A stretch of DNA of 64,000 nt from contig OMWM01000005.1 in the NCBI GenBank assembly GCA_900314775.1, positions 326 to 64,325 on the forward strand, written 5' to 3'. A program made the position numbers and the translations under genes. Source of the stretch: an uncultured Eubacteriales bacterium. GTDB lineage: Bacteria; Bacillota; Clostridia; Lachnospirales; Lachnospiraceae. Below, piece by piece: positions 18,613 to 31,337 of this stretch (its first letter is position 1; every line of letters begins with the position of its first letter). The notes under the pieces were generated by a model that was not told where the DNA came from, made no database searches, and worked only from the letters and a program-made list of their open reading frames with translations.

Positions 18613-19593
18613 ATGATGACAATCAATCATGATATCGAGACGGGTTCTTTCCGTACGGTCTATCTGCTGTACGGAGAGGAGACATATCTGAAAAACCAGT
18701 ACCGCGACAAGCTTGTGCATGCGATGGTGCAGGATGGCGATACCATGAATTTCACCCGGTTTGACGGACGCCATACGGATCAGTTTGAGGTGATTGCACT
18801 GGCGGATACGGTGCCTTTTCTTGCAGAGCGCCGTGTGCTTCTGATCTGTGACAGCGGCTGGTTCCGCGGCGGAGCGACAGAGAGAATAGCGGAGTATATA
18901 AAGAAGATTCCGGAGACGACCTGCATTGTGTTTTCGGAGAAAGATGTCGATAAGAGAAGCCGTATGTACAAGGCGGTCAAGGCAGCCGGCTACGTTTCTG
19001 ATTTTGAGGTGCCGAAGGATAATCAGCTGCTTTTATGGATCGGTGTGCTGCTCAAGAAATCCGGCAAGAAGATATCAGAGGCGGATGCCCGCCATTTTAT
19101 GGAACTGATGCCGCGGGATATGAGCTATATTTATTCCGAACTTGAAAAGCTGATTGCCTATACAGGTACGCGCCCGGTGATCAGGGCGAAAGATATCGAT
19201 GAGGTCTGCTGCGTGCAGCCGGAGAATAAAATTTACAAGATGGTCGAAGCCATTGCGGCAGGCAGGCGGGATGAGGCGGTCCGCCTTTACCACGATCTGC
19301 TTGCGGTCAAGGAGGAGCCGATCCGTATCATTTATCATATCAACCGGCAGTTTTCTGAACTCTGGAAGGTTGGTTCCTATCTGAACCATGGATATTCCTA
19401 CGAGCAGATCGCGCAGGAGACCGGTCTGCGTGATTTCGTTGTTAAAAAGGATGCCCGGCTGTGCCGGCAGTTTACCCGGTCCTATATTACCCGTGCGATG
19501 AATTACGGGGCGTCGATGGAGCAGGCTGTGAAGACGGGCAGGATCAACAAGACGATTGCCGTGGAGATGATGCTGATCAAGCTGACTTCCTGA
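18613..19593 (+). CDS. holA: DNA polymerase III delta subunit
   Basis: 326-aa ORF with delta-subunit N-terminal pattern (VYLLYGEETYL) in the conserved comEC-holA-rpsT position. Confidence 0.85.
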   Translation: MMTINHDIETGSFRTVYLLYGEETYLKNQYRDKLVHAMVQDGDTMNFTRFDGRHTDQFEVIALADTVPFLAERRVLLICDSGWFRGGATERIAEYIKKIPETTCIVFSEKDVDKRSRMYKAVKAAGYVSDFEVPKDNQLLLWIGVLLKKSGKKISEADARHFMELMPRDMSYIYSELEKLIAYTGTRPVIRAKDIDEVCCVQPENKIYKMVEAIAAGRRDEAVRLYHDLLAVKEEPIRIIYHINRQFSELWKVGSYLNHGYSYEQIAQETGLRDFVVKKDARLCRQFTRSYITRAMNYGASMEQAVKTGRINKTIAVEMMLIKLTS

Positions 19594-19605
19594 AAAAAGG
19601 CAAAA

Positions 19606-19647
19606 GAAAAAAGTCTGCGTTAATGACGGAAAACGCAGACTTTTTTT
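19606..19647. terminator. bidirectional intrinsic terminator between holA and rpsT
   Basis: Stem AGTCTGCGTT / AACGCAGACT flanked by an A run upstream and T7 downstream, so it can terminate both convergent genes. Confidence 0.85.
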
Positions 19648-19670
19648 CTATATTCAATAGTCAGAACGGA

Positions 19671-19934
19671 TTACTGCATCTTGTTGACAGCAGCTGCAAG
19701 ACGGCTGACTTTTCTGGACGCGGTGTTCTTGTGCATAACACCCTTGGTCTCAGCCTTGTCGATCTTGCTGGTAGCATCGCGGAGAGCAGCCTGAGCAGCG
19801 TCCTTATCGCCAGCAGCGATAGCAGCGTCTACCTTCTTAATAGAAGTCTTAACACCGCTGCGGATCATTTTGTTGCGTGCAGCGTTCTTCTGATCTGTAA
19901 TTACTCTTTTCTTTGCAGATTTGATATTTGCCAA
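19671..19934 (-). CDS. rpsT: 30S ribosomal protein S20
   Basis: 87-aa basic protein MANIKSAKKR..; TTG start with GGAGGTG 6 nt upstream. Confidence 0.95.
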   Translation of the reverse strand: MANIKSAKKRVITDQKNAARNKMIRSGVKTSIKKVDAAIAAGDKDAAQAALRDATSKIDKAETKGVMHKNTASRKVSRLAAAVNKMQ

Positions 19935-20017
19935 TTTCTACACCTCCCAACATCATAACATCGGTGTGTAATGCATTACTCCGGACACGGACGACTTAAT
20001 GTACACATACGGTTAAT

Positions 20018-20046
20018 ATTTTAAAGTATAGACATTTAATTGTCAA
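20018..20046 (-). promoter_or_regulatory. putative sigma-A promoter of rpsT
   Basis: On the minus strand TTGACA - 17 nt - TAAAAT, about 75 nt upstream of the rpsT start. Confidence 0.55.
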
Positions 20047-20059
20047 GGCAAAAACGGCG

Positions 20060-20088
20060 TTGCGTCCCATAAAAAAATCAGTTATAAT
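20060..20088 (+). promoter_or_regulatory. putative sigma-A promoter of lepA
   Basis: TTGCGT - 17 nt - TATAAT, back-to-back with the rpsT promoter. Confidence 0.55.
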
Positions 20089-20135
20089 TCCCATTGATAT
20101 TAACGTTTTATGAGTATTCTCTGGAGGTTTTTTCT

Positions 20136-21947
20136 TTGAAAATAAATCAGGATCATATCAGAAATTTCTGTATTATCGCCCATATTGATCACGGCAAATC
20201 GACTCTGGCCGATCGTATTATCGAGAAGACCGGTCTGCTGACGAAGAGAGAGATGCAGGATCAGGTGCTGGATAATATGGATCTGGAGCGTGAGCGCGGT
20301 ATCACGATCAAGTCCCAGGCAGTCCGTACGGTTTACCATGCGGACAATGGAGAGGAATATATTTTCAATCTGATCGATACGCCGGGACATGTGGATTTCA
20401 ACTATGAGGTTTCGCGCAGCCTTGCCGCGTGCGACGGTGCCATCCTCGTGGTCGATGCGACGCAGGGCGTGGAGGCGCAGACGCTGGCCAATGCCTACCT
20501 CGCGATTGATCATGACCTCGATATCATGCCGGTCATCAATAAGATCGATCTGCCGAGTGCAGAACCGGACAGGGTCGCAGCAGAGATCGAGGATGTCATC
20601 GGCATTGAGGCGGAGGATGCGCCGCGTATCTCTGCCAAGGAAGGTATTAATATAGAAGCAGTGCTTGAGGGGATCATCACGAATCTGCCGGCGCCGTCCG
20701 GCGACCCGGACGCTCCGCTTAAGGCGCTGATTTTTGATTCCCTGTATGATCCCTACAAGGGTGTTATCGTTTTCTTCCGTATTATGGACGGCAGCATGAA
20801 GCGCGGCGACCGCGTCAAGATGATGTCGACAGATGCGGAATTTGACGTGATTGAGGTCGGGTATTTCGGCGCCGGCCAGTTTATCCCGTGCGATGAGCTG
20901 CAGACCGGTATGGTCGGCTATATGACAGCGAGCATCAAGAGTCTGGGTGAGACGCGTGTCGGCGATACGATCACGTCGGCAGTGACGCCGTGTGCCCAGC
21001 CGCTTCCAGGCTACAAGAAGATCAACCCGATGGTCTACTGCGGTATTTATCCGGAAGACAGTGCGAAATATGAGGACCTGCAGGATGCTCTCGAAAAGCT
21101 GCAGCTCAACGACGCTTCTCTGTTTTTTGAGCCGGAGACGTCGCTTGCGCTGGGATTCGGTTTCCGGTGCGGCTTTCTGGGACTTCTGCATCTGGAGGTC
21201 GTGACGGAGCGCCTGGAGCGGGAATATGATCTTGATCTGATCACCACGGCTCCTTCTGTTGTCTATCGCATATACAAGACGAACGGGCAGATGGTTGAGA
21301 TTTCCAATCCGTCCAATATGCCGGATCCTTCCGAGATCGATTATATGGAAGAGCCGTATGTCTCGGCGGAGATTATGCTGACGACGGATTATATCGGCAC
21401 GATCATGGACCTGTGCCAGGAGCGCAGAGGTATTTATCTCGGTATGGATTATATAGAACAGACGAGGGCGGTCCTCAAATACGAACTGCCGCTCGGAGAG
21501 ATTATCTACGACTTTTTCGATGCTCTCAAATCCCGTTCCCGCGGCTATGCGTCCTTTGACTATGAGTTTAAGGGCTACCGGGAGTCGAAACTGTGCAAAC
21601 TGGATATCCTGGTCAATCATGAGAAGGTGGATGCCCTGTCGTTTATCGTTTTTGCGGATTCGGCTTATGACCGCGGCCGCAAGACGTGCGAGAAGCTGAA
21701 GAAAGAGATTCCGAGACAGCTTTTTGATATTCCGATTCAGGCTGCCATCGGCAGCAAGATCATAGCGCGTGAGACGGTTAAGGCACTGCGCAAGGATGTC
21801 CTGGCCAAGTGCTACGGCGGCGATATTTCCCGTAAGAAGAAGCTCCTTGAAAAGCAGAAGGAAGGCAAGAAGAAGATGCGGCAGATCGGCAATGTCGAGA
21901 TTCCGAAGAAGGCCTTCATGAATGTACTCAAGCTCGATGAGGAATAA
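20136..21947 (+). CDS. lepA: translation elongation factor 4 (LepA)
   Basis: GTPase motifs [18 protein letters not shown] plus LepA-specific C-terminal domain; start placed at TTG 20136 (GGAGG 8 nt upstream); ORF-track start 20094 has no SD. Confidence 0.95.
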   Translation: MKINQDHIRNFCIIAHIDHGKSTLADRIIEKTGLLTKREMQDQVLDNMDLERERGITIKSQAVRTVYHADNGEEYIFNLIDTPGHVDFNYEVSRSLAACDGAILVVDATQGVEAQTLANAYLAIDHDLDIMPVINKIDLPSAEPDRVAAEIEDVIGIEAEDAPRISAKEGINIEAVLEGIITNLPAPSGDPDAPLKALIFDSLYDPYKGVIVFFRIMDGSMKRGDRVKMMSTDAEFDVIEVGYFGAGQFIPCDELQTGMVGYMTASIKSLGETRVGDTITSAVTPCAQPLPGYKKINPMVYCGIYPEDSAKYEDLQDALEKLQLNDASLFFEPETSLALGFGFRCGFLGLLHLEVVTERLEREYDLDLITTAPSVVYRIYKTNGQMVEISNPSNMPDPSEIDYMEEPYVSAEIMLTTDYIGTIMDLCQERRGIYLGMDYIEQTRAVLKYELPLGEIIYDFFDALKSRSRGYASFDYEFKGYRESKLCKLDILVNHEKVDALSFIVFADSAYDRGRKTCEKLKKEIPRQLFDIPIQAAIGSKIIARETVKALRKDVLAKCYGGDISRKKKLLEKQKEGKKKMRQIGNVEIPKKAFMNVLKLDEE

Positions 21948-23127
21948 CGCGGCAGAAACCGCAGACTGGAATTTTGACGATCTGCCGGAGCAGGACCTCA
22001 GCCTGTATGTGCATTTTCCGTATTGCGTGCGCAAATGCCGCTACTGCGATTTTCTGTCTTTTCCCTGCGGGGAAAATGATTTCGAGGCCTATACGGATCG
22101 CGTCTGCGAGGAAATCCGCTTCCGCGCCGGACAGCTGCCGGGCATGCGCCTGCGCACCGTTTTCTTCGGCGGCGGAACGCCGTCGCTGATGCAGCCGCAG
22201 CAGGCAGCACGGATTCTGCAGGCGGCGGCAGAGTCTTTTGCGATGGCGAAGGATCCGGAGATCACCATGGAATGCAATCCCGGGACGGTGGATTACGACC
22301 GGCTGGCCGGTTTCCGGCAGGCCGGCATCAACCGATTGAGCTTCGGGCTGCAGTCCATGAAAGATGATGAGCTTGCCTATATAGGCAGGATTCATACAAG
22401 GCAGGAATTTCTTGCCAACTATGCGCATGCGAGGAAAGCCGGTTTTGAGAACATCAATATCGATCTGATGTCTGCCCTGCCGGGACAGTCGCTTGCGGAT
22501 TATGAGGAGACGCTGCGGGAGACACTGGCCCTGCAGCCGGAACACATTTCCGCCTACAGCCTGATTATCGAGGAAGGCACGCCGTTCTGGAACATGTACG
22601 GTGAGAAGACGGCAGAAGGCGCCCTCCCGCTGCCGGATGAGGACGCGGAGCGTGCGATGTACTACCTTACTAAAAAGCTTTGCATGCAGCACGGCTATCA
22701 GCGCTACGAGATTTCCAATTACGCAAAGCCCGGCCGGGAATGCCGTCACAACCTCGTATACTGGTACCGCGGCAATTATCTGGGGGTCGGCCTTGGCGCC
22801 TCGGGCATGATCGGCAGCCGGCGCTTCAGGGTGACGGCAGATCTGGAAAAGTATTTCCTGACATTTGAGCCGCAGGAAGTGACGGCGCTGTCAGAGCAGG
22901 ATAAAATGGAAGAGACGATGTTTCTCGGGCTCCGCTGCCGGCGCGGGATCAGCACAGACAGCTTCCGCCGGAAGTTCGGTATGGATATATGGAATGTCTA
23001 CGGACCGGTCCTGGAGAAGTATGAGCGCAGCGGCCATCTTGTCTGCGACCGCGAGCAGCACAGAATCCGTCTGACGGACCGCGGCATCGATGTCAGCAAT
23101 ATCGTTCTCGCCGATTTTTTATTGTGA
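21922..23127 (+). CDS. hemW: radical SAM heme chaperone HemW (HemN-like)
   Basis: CxxxCxxC (CVRKCRYC), HemN-family HNLVYW motif, ~400 aa, conserved lepA-hemN/hemW-hrcA position; overlaps the lepA 3' end (alternative ATG 21937). Confidence 0.85.
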   Translation: MYSSSMRNNAAETADWNFDDLPEQDLSLYVHFPYCVRKCRYCDFLSFPCGENDFEAYTDRVCEEIRFRAGQLPGMRLRTVFFGGGTPSLMQPQQAARILQAAAESFAMAKDPEITMECNPGTVDYDRLAGFRQAGINRLSFGLQSMKDDELAYIGRIHTRQEFLANYAHARKAGFENINIDLMSALPGQSLADYEETLRETLALQPEHISAYSLIIEEGTPFWNMYGEKTAEGALPLPDEDAERAMYYLTKKLCMQHGYQRYEISNYAKPGRECRHNLVYWYRGNYLGVGLGASGMIGSRRFRVTADLEKYFLTFEPQEVTALSEQDKMEETMFLGLRCRRGISTDSFRRKFGMDIWNVYGPVLEKYERSGHLVCDREQHRIRLTDRGIDVSNIVLADFLL

Positions 23128-23185
23128 CATCGGATGCAGCTTAAAAAAATAGTGAACATAAACAAAAAAAATAACACGGTTACGC

Positions 23186-23214
23186 TTGACAAATAAGTGT
23201 AATGGTGTTATTTT
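23186..23214 (+). promoter_or_regulatory. putative sigma-A promoter of hrcA-grpE-dnaK-dnaJ operon
   Basis: TTGACA - 17 nt - TATTTT directly upstream of the CIRCE element. Confidence 0.6.
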
Positions 23215-23229
23215 TATTCACAGATGATG

Positions 23230-23256
23230 TTAGCACTCTAAATGAATGAGTGCTAA
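23230..23256 (+). promoter_or_regulatory. CIRCE operator (HrcA binding site)
   Basis: Perfect consensus TTAGCACTC-N9-GAGTGCTAA. Confidence 0.95.
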
Positions 23257-23280
23257 CAAATAGAAAAGGAGATGAGATCG

Positions 23281-24324
23281 GTGGAACTGGATGAACGTAA
23301 GATAAAGATTTTGAATGCTATTATTCAGACTTACCTTGATACAGGTGAGCCGGTAGGCTCGCGGACCATCTCCAAGTTTTCCGATCTTGACCTTAGCTCC
23401 GCGACGATCCGGAATGAGATGTCTGATCTGGAAGACATGGGCTACATTTTTCAGCCGCATACATCGGCGGGACGGATCCCTACCGACAAGGGATATCGTT
23501 TCTATGTAGACAACATGCTCAAGGAGAAGACGGCCGAGGCAGAGGAGCAGAATAAAGTCATGGTCCAGAAGGTTGACCGGCTGGAGGAGATGCTCAAGCA
23601 GGTTGTAAAGCTTCTGGCGACGAGCACGAATTACGCGTCGATGATTTCGGCACCGCAGCCGCAGGTCAGCAAGCTGAAGTTCATACAGCTTTCGCTGGTA
23701 AGCGGATATGAGATTCTTGCCGTGATGATGCTGGAAGGCGGCATCCTGAAGCACCGGGTAATCGATCTCGACAGCCCGCTGGAAGAACAGGATGTGGTCC
23801 GTCTGAATCTTCTCCTGAACACTTATCTTCAGGGCAAGGCGCTGGGCGATATCAATCTGGCATTGATTCAGGAGATCAAGAAGCATGATCAGAGCCATAA
23901 GGACACGATCAGCCATCTGATTGATATCATTGCAGAGTGCCTGCAGGAAGAGGAGACGGAGATCTATACGAGCGGCGCGACCAATCTCCTCAAGTATCCG
24001 GAGCTTGGCGACCGCGAGAAGAGCACACAGCTTCTTTCCGCATTTGAGGACAAGAAGAGCCTGGAGGAATTTATCAGTGATAAGGATGATGCCAATTCAG
24101 ACAATCACGGAATTCAGGTTTATATCGGTTCGGAATCACCGGTCCAGTCGATGCAGAACTGCAGCGTGGTAACCGCCACTTATGAGATCGAGGATGGTGT
24201 CTACGGAACTATCGGTATTATCGGTCCGAAACGGATGGATTACAAGAAGGTTGTCGGCAACCTTGAGACTGTAATGAAGCAGCTGGATGCAATTTATAAG
24301 AAGAATGATGATGATGATGATTAG
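23281..24324 (+). CDS. hrcA: heat-inducible transcription repressor HrcA
   Basis: N-terminal winged helix (LDERKIKILNAII..GEPVGSRTIS); ORF-track ATG 23272 abuts the GGAG, whereas in-frame GTG 23281 has 9-nt spacing, so start is 23281 or 23272. Confidence 0.9.
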   Translation: MELDERKIKILNAIIQTYLDTGEPVGSRTISKFSDLDLSSATIRNEMSDLEDMGYIFQPHTSAGRIPTDKGYRFYVDNMLKEKTAEAEEQNKVMVQKVDRLEEMLKQVVKLLATSTNYASMISAPQPQVSKLKFIQLSLVSGYEILAVMMLEGGILKHRVIDLDSPLEEQDVVRLNLLLNTYLQGKALGDINLALIQEIKKHDQSHKDTISHLIDIIAECLQEEETEIYTSGATNLLKYPELGDREKSTQLLSAFEDKKSLEEFISDKDDANSDNHGIQVYIGSESPVQSMQNCSVVTATYEIEDGVYGTIGIIGPKRMDYKKVVGNLETVMKQLDAIYKKNDDDDD

Positions 24325-24326
24325 AG

Positions 24327-25025
24327 GTGAATATCGTGATCGACATTGAAGATAATGAAGAAGTAAAACAGGATCCGGATACAGAAGATATTGAAAATAA
24401 GGAAAGCGCAGAGGAAACCGAGAAGCCTGAAGAGCAGGAAACAGCACCGGAGGAAAAACCGGAAGAGGACGGAAAGTCCGAAGAAGAAAAGCCTGACAGC
24501 CAGGATGAGGCACCGAAGAGCAAATCCGATAAGGAAGAGAAGAAGGATGAGAAATCCGGAAAGTCTTCCGGCAAGAAGAAAAAAGAGGATCCCAAGGATA
24601 AGGAAATCGCCGAGCTGAAGGACAGAGTCATGCGCCAGATGGCGGAATTTGACAATTACCGTAAGCGTACAGACAAGGAGAAAAAGCAGAATTACGACAT
24701 CGGAGCTTCCGATTTTATCGTGAAGATTCTTCCGGTCCTCGATAATTTCGAGCGCGGTCTGGATGCGATCAGCGAGGAAGAGAGAAAGGGTTCATTTGCA
24801 CAGGGCATTGAGATGATCTATAAACAGCTCGTCAAGGTGCTCGAAGACAGCGGTGTTACCGTAATCGATGCAGTTGGAAAGCCTTTCGATCCGATGCTCC
24901 ACAATGCGGTTATGCAGAAGCAGAGTGATGAATATGAATCCGGAACCATTATTCAGGAGTTCCAGAAGGGTTATAAATATAAAGACAGAGTCATAAGACA
25001 CAGTGTAGTTGTAGTTGCTGAGTAA
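24327..25025 (+). CDS. grpE: nucleotide exchange factor GrpE
   Basis: C-terminal GrpE core (FDNYRKR, FDPMLHNAV); ~90-aa Glu/Lys/Asp-rich N-terminal extension; GTG start. Confidence 0.9.
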   Translation: MNIVIDIEDNEEVKQDPDTEDIENKESAEETEKPEEQETAPEEKPEEDGKSEEEKPDSQDEAPKSKSDKEEKKDEKSGKSSGKKKKEDPKDKEIAELKDRVMRQMAEFDNYRKRTDKEKKQNYDIGASDFIVKILPVLDNFERGLDAISEEERKGSFAQGIEMIYKQLVKVLEDSGVTVIDAVGKPFDPMLHNAVMQKQSDEYESGTIIQEFQKGYKYKDRVIRHSVVVVAE

Positions 25026-25071
25026 TCAGCTTGATATAGATTTACAGAAGTTTCACTTTCAGGAGGAATAG

Positions 25072-26973
<1,902 letters not shown>

Positions 26974-27103
26974 TAGCACAGACGGAAGATAAGCAGGGAG
27001 GCCGCTGCAGGCCTTCCTGCATACACTGAAATACAAGGCGGAGAGCACGGTACCGGCGTACCGGCTTTCCGTCATTTCGTGATGTTATTGAAAGGATTCA
27101 GTT

Positions 27104-28255
27104 ATGGCAGAAAAGAGAGATTTTTACGAGGTTCTGGGCGTTGATCGTTCCGCAAGCCAGGAGGAAATCAAAAAAGCCTACCGTAAGCTTGCCAAGAAAT
27201 ATCATCCCGATATGAATCCCGGAGATAAGGATGCGGAGGCCAAGTTCAAGGAAGCTTCCGAAGCCTATTCCGTTCTGGGCGACCAGGAAAAGAGAGCGAA
27301 GTACGACCAGTTCGGCATGGCGGCGTTTGATGAGACAGCCGGCGGCAGCGGCTTCAGCGATTTTGATTTCAATTCCGATATTTTCAGCGATATCTTTTCC
27401 GATCTTTTCGGCGCAGGCCGCAGCTATCGGAGCAATCCGAATGCACCGCGGCAGGGGGCGAGTGTAAGAATCAACATGCGCCTTACCTTCATGGAGGCTG
27501 TTTTCGGATGCGAGAAGAACATCAAAATCGGCTACAAAGAAGAGTGTGAGGATTGCCACGGCACCGGCGCCAAGCCTGGCACGCAGCCGGAAGTATGCCC
27601 GCGATGCGGCGGCACCGGTCAGGTGACGATGACGCAGCAGACAATTTTCGGTGTCATGCGCAACATTCAGACATGTCCGCAGTGCGGCGGCTCCGGCAAG
27701 TATGTCCGTGAGAGATGCCCGAAGTGCGGCGGTTCCGGATACAAGAAGATCCGCAAGCCGATCAAGGTGAATATTCCTGCCGGTGTTGACAATGGCATCA
27801 CCGTTCGCGTGGGCGGCTGCGGCGAACCCGGCGTCAACGGCGGACCGCGCGGCGATCTGCTCGTGGTTCTGCAGGTAAGCTCCGATCCGGTATTCCAGCG
27901 TGACGGATATGACATCTATTCGACAGTGCCGATTTCATTTGCGGATGCGGCGCTTGGCGGCACGATTACGATCAAGACGATTGACGGCGAAGTGCAGCAG
28001 ACAATCCGCCCGGGTACGCAGACGAATACGCAGATCCGTCTGAAGGGCAAAGGTGTGCCGACGCGCGGCAACAACACAATCCGCGGCGATCATTACGTCA
28101 CACTTGTCGTACAGGTACCGAAGAAACTGACCAATGAGCAGAAAGAGCTCCTGGCTCAGTTTGACGAGGCAATGACAGGCAATAAGCGTGAGACCGGCGA
28201 GAAAAACGAGAAAAAGAAGAAAAAAAGCTTTATGGATAAGCTGAAAGATATCTGA
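27104..28255 (+). CDS. dnaJ: molecular chaperone DnaJ
   Basis: J domain with HPD (KYHPDMNP), G/F region, four CxxCxG zinc motifs, Lys-rich tail. Confidence 0.95.
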   Translation: MAEKRDFYEVLGVDRSASQEEIKKAYRKLAKKYHPDMNPGDKDAEAKFKEASEAYSVLGDQEKRAKYDQFGMAAFDETAGGSGFSDFDFNSDIFSDIFSDLFGAGRSYRSNPNAPRQGASVRINMRLTFMEAVFGCEKNIKIGYKEECEDCHGTGAKPGTQPEVCPRCGGTGQVTMTQQTIFGVMRNIQTCPQCGGSGKYVRERCPKCGGSGYKKIRKPIKVNIPAGVDNGITVRVGGCGEPGVNGGPRGDLLVVLQVSSDPVFQRDGYDIYSTVPISFADAALGGTITIKTIDGEVQQTIRPGTQTNTQIRLKGKGVPTRGNNTIRGDHYVTLVVQVPKKLTNEQKELLAQFDEAMTGNKRETGEKNEKKKKKSFMDKLKDI

Positions 28256-28314
28256 TGGAAAACGGCCTTATGCTGACAGCAGCATCGGGCCGTTTGTTTT
28301 ATAAGGAGACAGAA

Positions 28315-29277
28315 ATGAAGTGGAACAAATACCGTATTAAGACAACCGAAGAAGCGGAAGATATGATCAGCTACACACTTGGCGAGCTGGGCATCGAAGG
28401 TGTGGAGATCGAGGACAAGGCGCCGCTTTCTGAGGAAGATAAGAAGAAAATGTTCGTCGACATCCTGCCGGATCTCGGCGATGACGATGGCACGGCTTAT
28501 GTATCTTTTTATATTGAACCGGAAAAAGACAGCGATGAACTGATGGAGAAAATCAAAAAGGCGCTGCACGAGCTTTCCGCGTATGTCAATACCGGAGATC
28601 TCACGATCACAAGGACGCAGACGGCAGATGTGGACTGGATGAACAACTGGAAAAAGTACTGGAAGCCGTTCAGGGCGGACGACCATATCATCATTCTGCC
28701 GACATGGGAGGAGCCGATTGACGCCGCTGAGGATGATCTTGTGATCACACTGGACCCGGGCATGTCATTCGGAACGGGCACCCATCATACGACAAAGCTC
28801 TGCATTCATCAGCTGAGCAAATATGTAAAACCGGGTATGCACGTCCTTGACGTGGGGACAGGCAGCGGCATCCTCTCAATTATTTCCGCGAAACTCGGCG
28901 CTGAGAGTGTATGCGCGGTTGATATCGATCCGGACTGCATCACCTCACTGAAAGAAAATATGAAGGTGAACGACCTGACGGAGAAAGAGATCGAGAGCCA
29001 TCAGGGTGATCTGAACACAGACCGCGCGCTTCGCGAGACGGTCGGCCTCGAATCTTATGACATTGTCGTGGCCAATATTCTGGCCGATGTCATCATGCCG
29101 CTTTCGGATGTGGTCGGAGAAGTGATGAAACCGGGCGCGCTGTTTATCTCTTCCGGCATTCTCGAGTCAAGAGGCGATGAGGTGAAGGAAGCGCTGCTGC
29201 GCAATCATTTCGAGATCGTCGAGATGACGCAGTCAGGCGAATGGGTTTCCTTTACGGCGCGCAAACCGGCTGTCTGA
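28315..29277 (+). CDS. prmA: ribosomal protein L11 methyltransferase
   Basis: PrmA N-terminal domain plus SAM motif DVGTGSGILSI; ATG 28315 has AAGGAG upstream (ORF-track 28255 overlaps the dnaJ stop without SD). Confidence 0.9.
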   Translation: MKWNKYRIKTTEEAEDMISYTLGELGIEGVEIEDKAPLSEEDKKKMFVDILPDLGDDDGTAYVSFYIEPEKDSDELMEKIKKALHELSAYVNTGDLTITRTQTADVDWMNNWKKYWKPFRADDHIIILPTWEEPIDAAEDDLVITLDPGMSFGTGTHHTTKLCIHQLSKYVKPGMHVLDVGTGSGILSIISAKLGAESVCAVDIDPDCITSLKENMKVNDLTEKEIESHQGDLNTDRALRETVGLESYDIVVANILADVIMPLSDVVGEVMKPGALFISSGILESRGDEVKEALLRNHFEIVEMTQSGEWVSFTARKPAV

Positions 29278-29298
29278 GCGGCCGGGGAAGGCGGTTAC

Positions 29299-29327
29299 TT
29301 GAACAGACGCTGCATTTTTGCTATAAT
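29299..29327 (+). promoter_or_regulatory. putative sigma-A promoter of rsmE unit
   Basis: TTGAAC - 17 nt - TATAAT with TG extended -10 (TGCTATAAT). Confidence 0.6.
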
Positions 29328-29366
29328 TGTGAGCTATAGACATTTTTACGGATAAAGGGTGATACA

Positions 29367-30128
29367 ATGCCGCGTTTTTTTGTACAGAGTGAGAATATCG
29401 GCGATCAGACGATTGCGATCGAAGGTTCCGATGTGAATCATATCAGAAACGTCCTGCGCATGAAGCCGGGAGACGAGCTGACGGTCAGCGACGGCGGCGG
29501 TATGGACTATTTCTGCCGCATTGCGGATATGAACAGGGACCGCGTCATGCTGGATATTGTCGGCAGCTGGAAGTCCTACACGGAACTGCCGGTCAGGCTG
29601 TATCTGTTTCAGGGACTGCCCAAGGCAGACAAGATGGATCTGATTGTGCAGAAGGCGGTTGAACTGGGCGCTTATGAGATTGTCCCGGTCAGAACCGCCA
29701 GGACGATCGTGAAGCTGGACGGACAGAAGGAAGCAAGGAAGCTGGAGCGCTGGAACAGTATTTCCGAGAGCGCGGCGAAGCAGGCGGGCCGTGCGGTCAT
29801 ACCGAAAGTGCATGAGATCGTCTCTTTTGAGCAGGCGGTTGATATGTGCCGGAAGCTGGATGCTTTTGTCATGCCGTATGAGAAGGATGAGGGCATGGAG
29901 CATTCCCGCCGCGTTGTGCGTTCGCTGCACGGCGTATCGGATGCGGGGATATTTATCGGCCCGGAGGGCGGCTTTGCGGATGAAGAGGTTCGCGCGGCCG
30001 TCGATGCCGGTGCGAAGACCATATCGCTTGGCAGCCGCATACTGCGGACGGAGACGGCCGGTATGGCGGTGCTGTCGGTGCTGATGTTCGAACTGGAGAC
30101 AGACCGGAAGGAGAAGAAGGAAGACTGA
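29367..30128 (+). CDS. rsmE: 16S rRNA (uracil1498-N3)-methyltransferase
   Basis: 253-aa ORF starting MPRFFV.., PUA-like N-terminus and SPOUT C-terminal knot; conserved prmA-rsmE position. Confidence 0.9.
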   Translation: MPRFFVQSENIGDQTIAIEGSDVNHIRNVLRMKPGDELTVSDGGGMDYFCRIADMNRDRVMLDIVGSWKSYTELPVRLYLFQGLPKADKMDLIVQKAVELGAYEIVPVRTARTIVKLDGQKEARKLERWNSISESAAKQAGRAVIPKVHEIVSFEQAVDMCRKLDAFVMPYEKDEGMEHSRRVVRSLHGVSDAGIFIGPEGGFADEEVRAAVDAGAKTISLGSRILRTETAGMAVLSVLMFELETDRKEKKED

Positions 30129-31336
30129 TGATGGATGTTTATTTTGATAACGCCGCCACGACAAGGGTATATGAACCCGCGGCGGAACTGGTGACCTCTC
30201 TGATGCTGAATGAATTCGGCAATCCTTCCTCTCTGCATGATAAAGGTGTTGAGGCGGAGCGGTATGTCCGCGGTGCGCGCGAGACATTTGCCTCCCTGCT
30301 CAAGGTGAAGGAAAATGAACTGATATTTACGAGCGGCGCAACCGAGTCAAACAACATGGCGATTTTCGGTGCCGCCCGTGCACGCCGCCGCTATGGCAGA
30401 CATATCATCACGACGGCGATCGAGCATGCTTCGGTCTATAATCCGATGAAGGAACTGGAGCGGCAGGGCTATGAACTGACAGTTCTGCCGGTAGGCAGCA
30501 GCGGCCTGGTGGACCCGGAGGCAGTGCGCAGCGCTGTCCGCCCGGATACCATACTTGTCTCTGTAATGGGCGTCAACAACGAGATCGGGACGATCGAGCC
30601 GATCGCCGACATCGTGAAGGCCGTGAAGGAGACCAATCCGGAGACGCTGATTCATGTGGATGCGGTGCAGACTTTCGGAAAAGTGCGGTTTTACCCGTCC
30701 AGACTCGGCATCGACATGATGTCGGTGAGCGGCCACAAATTTCACGGGCCGAAGGGCACCGGTCTGCTCTGGGTGCGCGGCGGTGTCCGCATTGAACCGC
30801 TGATTTACGGCGGCGGCCAGCAGAAGGGCATGCGTTCCGGAACGGACAATGTACCGGGCTGGGCCGGCATGGCGAAAGCCGCGCAGCTTGAATTTGAAAA
30901 TTTCGATGATAAGGTCGCAGGACTTTATGATCTGAGAGAATATTTTATTGACCAGGTGCTGCAGATTAAAGGGACAGCGGTCAACGGCGGCCTGCGGCCG
31001 GGCAGCTTCACGGTGCAGGAAGATCCGCTGGCCTGTGCGGCGCCGCATATCGTCAGCGTCAGCTTCGATGATGTGCGGGCGGAGGTTCTGCTGCACGCGA
31101 TGGCGGAAAAGGGCGTTTCGATTTCGGCGGGATCGGCCTGCTCATCGAACCATCCGGATATCAGCCGGACCCTGAAGGCAATCGGCGTGCCGAAGGAACA
31201 TCTGGATTCCACGGTGCGGTTCAGTTTTTCATTTGATTCCGACCGAGAACAGGTCGATTACTGTATCAATGCTTTGAAGGAAGTGCTTCCTGTGCTGCGG
31301 CGCTACGTGCCGGGCGGCAGAAAGAAAAGGAGATAA
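30128..31336 (+). CDS. cysteine desulfurase (NifS/IscS family)
   Basis: PLP-lysine motif SGHKFHGPKG, active-site GSACSS; ATG overlaps the rsmE stop (TGATG); paired with thiI. Confidence 0.9.
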   Translation: MMDVYFDNAATTRVYEPAAELVTSLMLNEFGNPSSLHDKGVEAERYVRGARETFASLLKVKENELIFTSGATESNNMAIFGAARARRRYGRHIITTAIEHASVYNPMKELERQGYELTVLPVGSSGLVDPEAVRSAVRPDTILVSVMGVNNEIGTIEPIADIVKAVKETNPETLIHVDAVQTFGKVRFYPSRLGIDMMSVSGHKFHGPKGTGLLWVRGGVRIEPLIYGGGQQKGMRSGTDNVPGWAGMAKAAQLEFENFDDKVAGLYDLREYFIDQVLQIKGTAVNGGLRPGSFTVQEDPLACAAPHIVSVSFDDVRAEVLLHAMAEKGVSISAGSACSSNHPDISRTLKAIGVPKEHLDSTVRFSFSFDSDREQVDYCINALKEVLPVLRRYVPGGRKKRR

Positions 31337-31337
31337 G

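Noticed and set aside
20100-22034. 644-aa minus-strand ORF covering all of lepA. Similar cases: 48952..50784, 32941..34215, 15985..17235, 40656..41870, 53141..54337.
   Set aside because: Same in-register antisense artefact of codon bias. Each lies opposite a gene with strong family motifs, and none has recognisable domains or translation signals.
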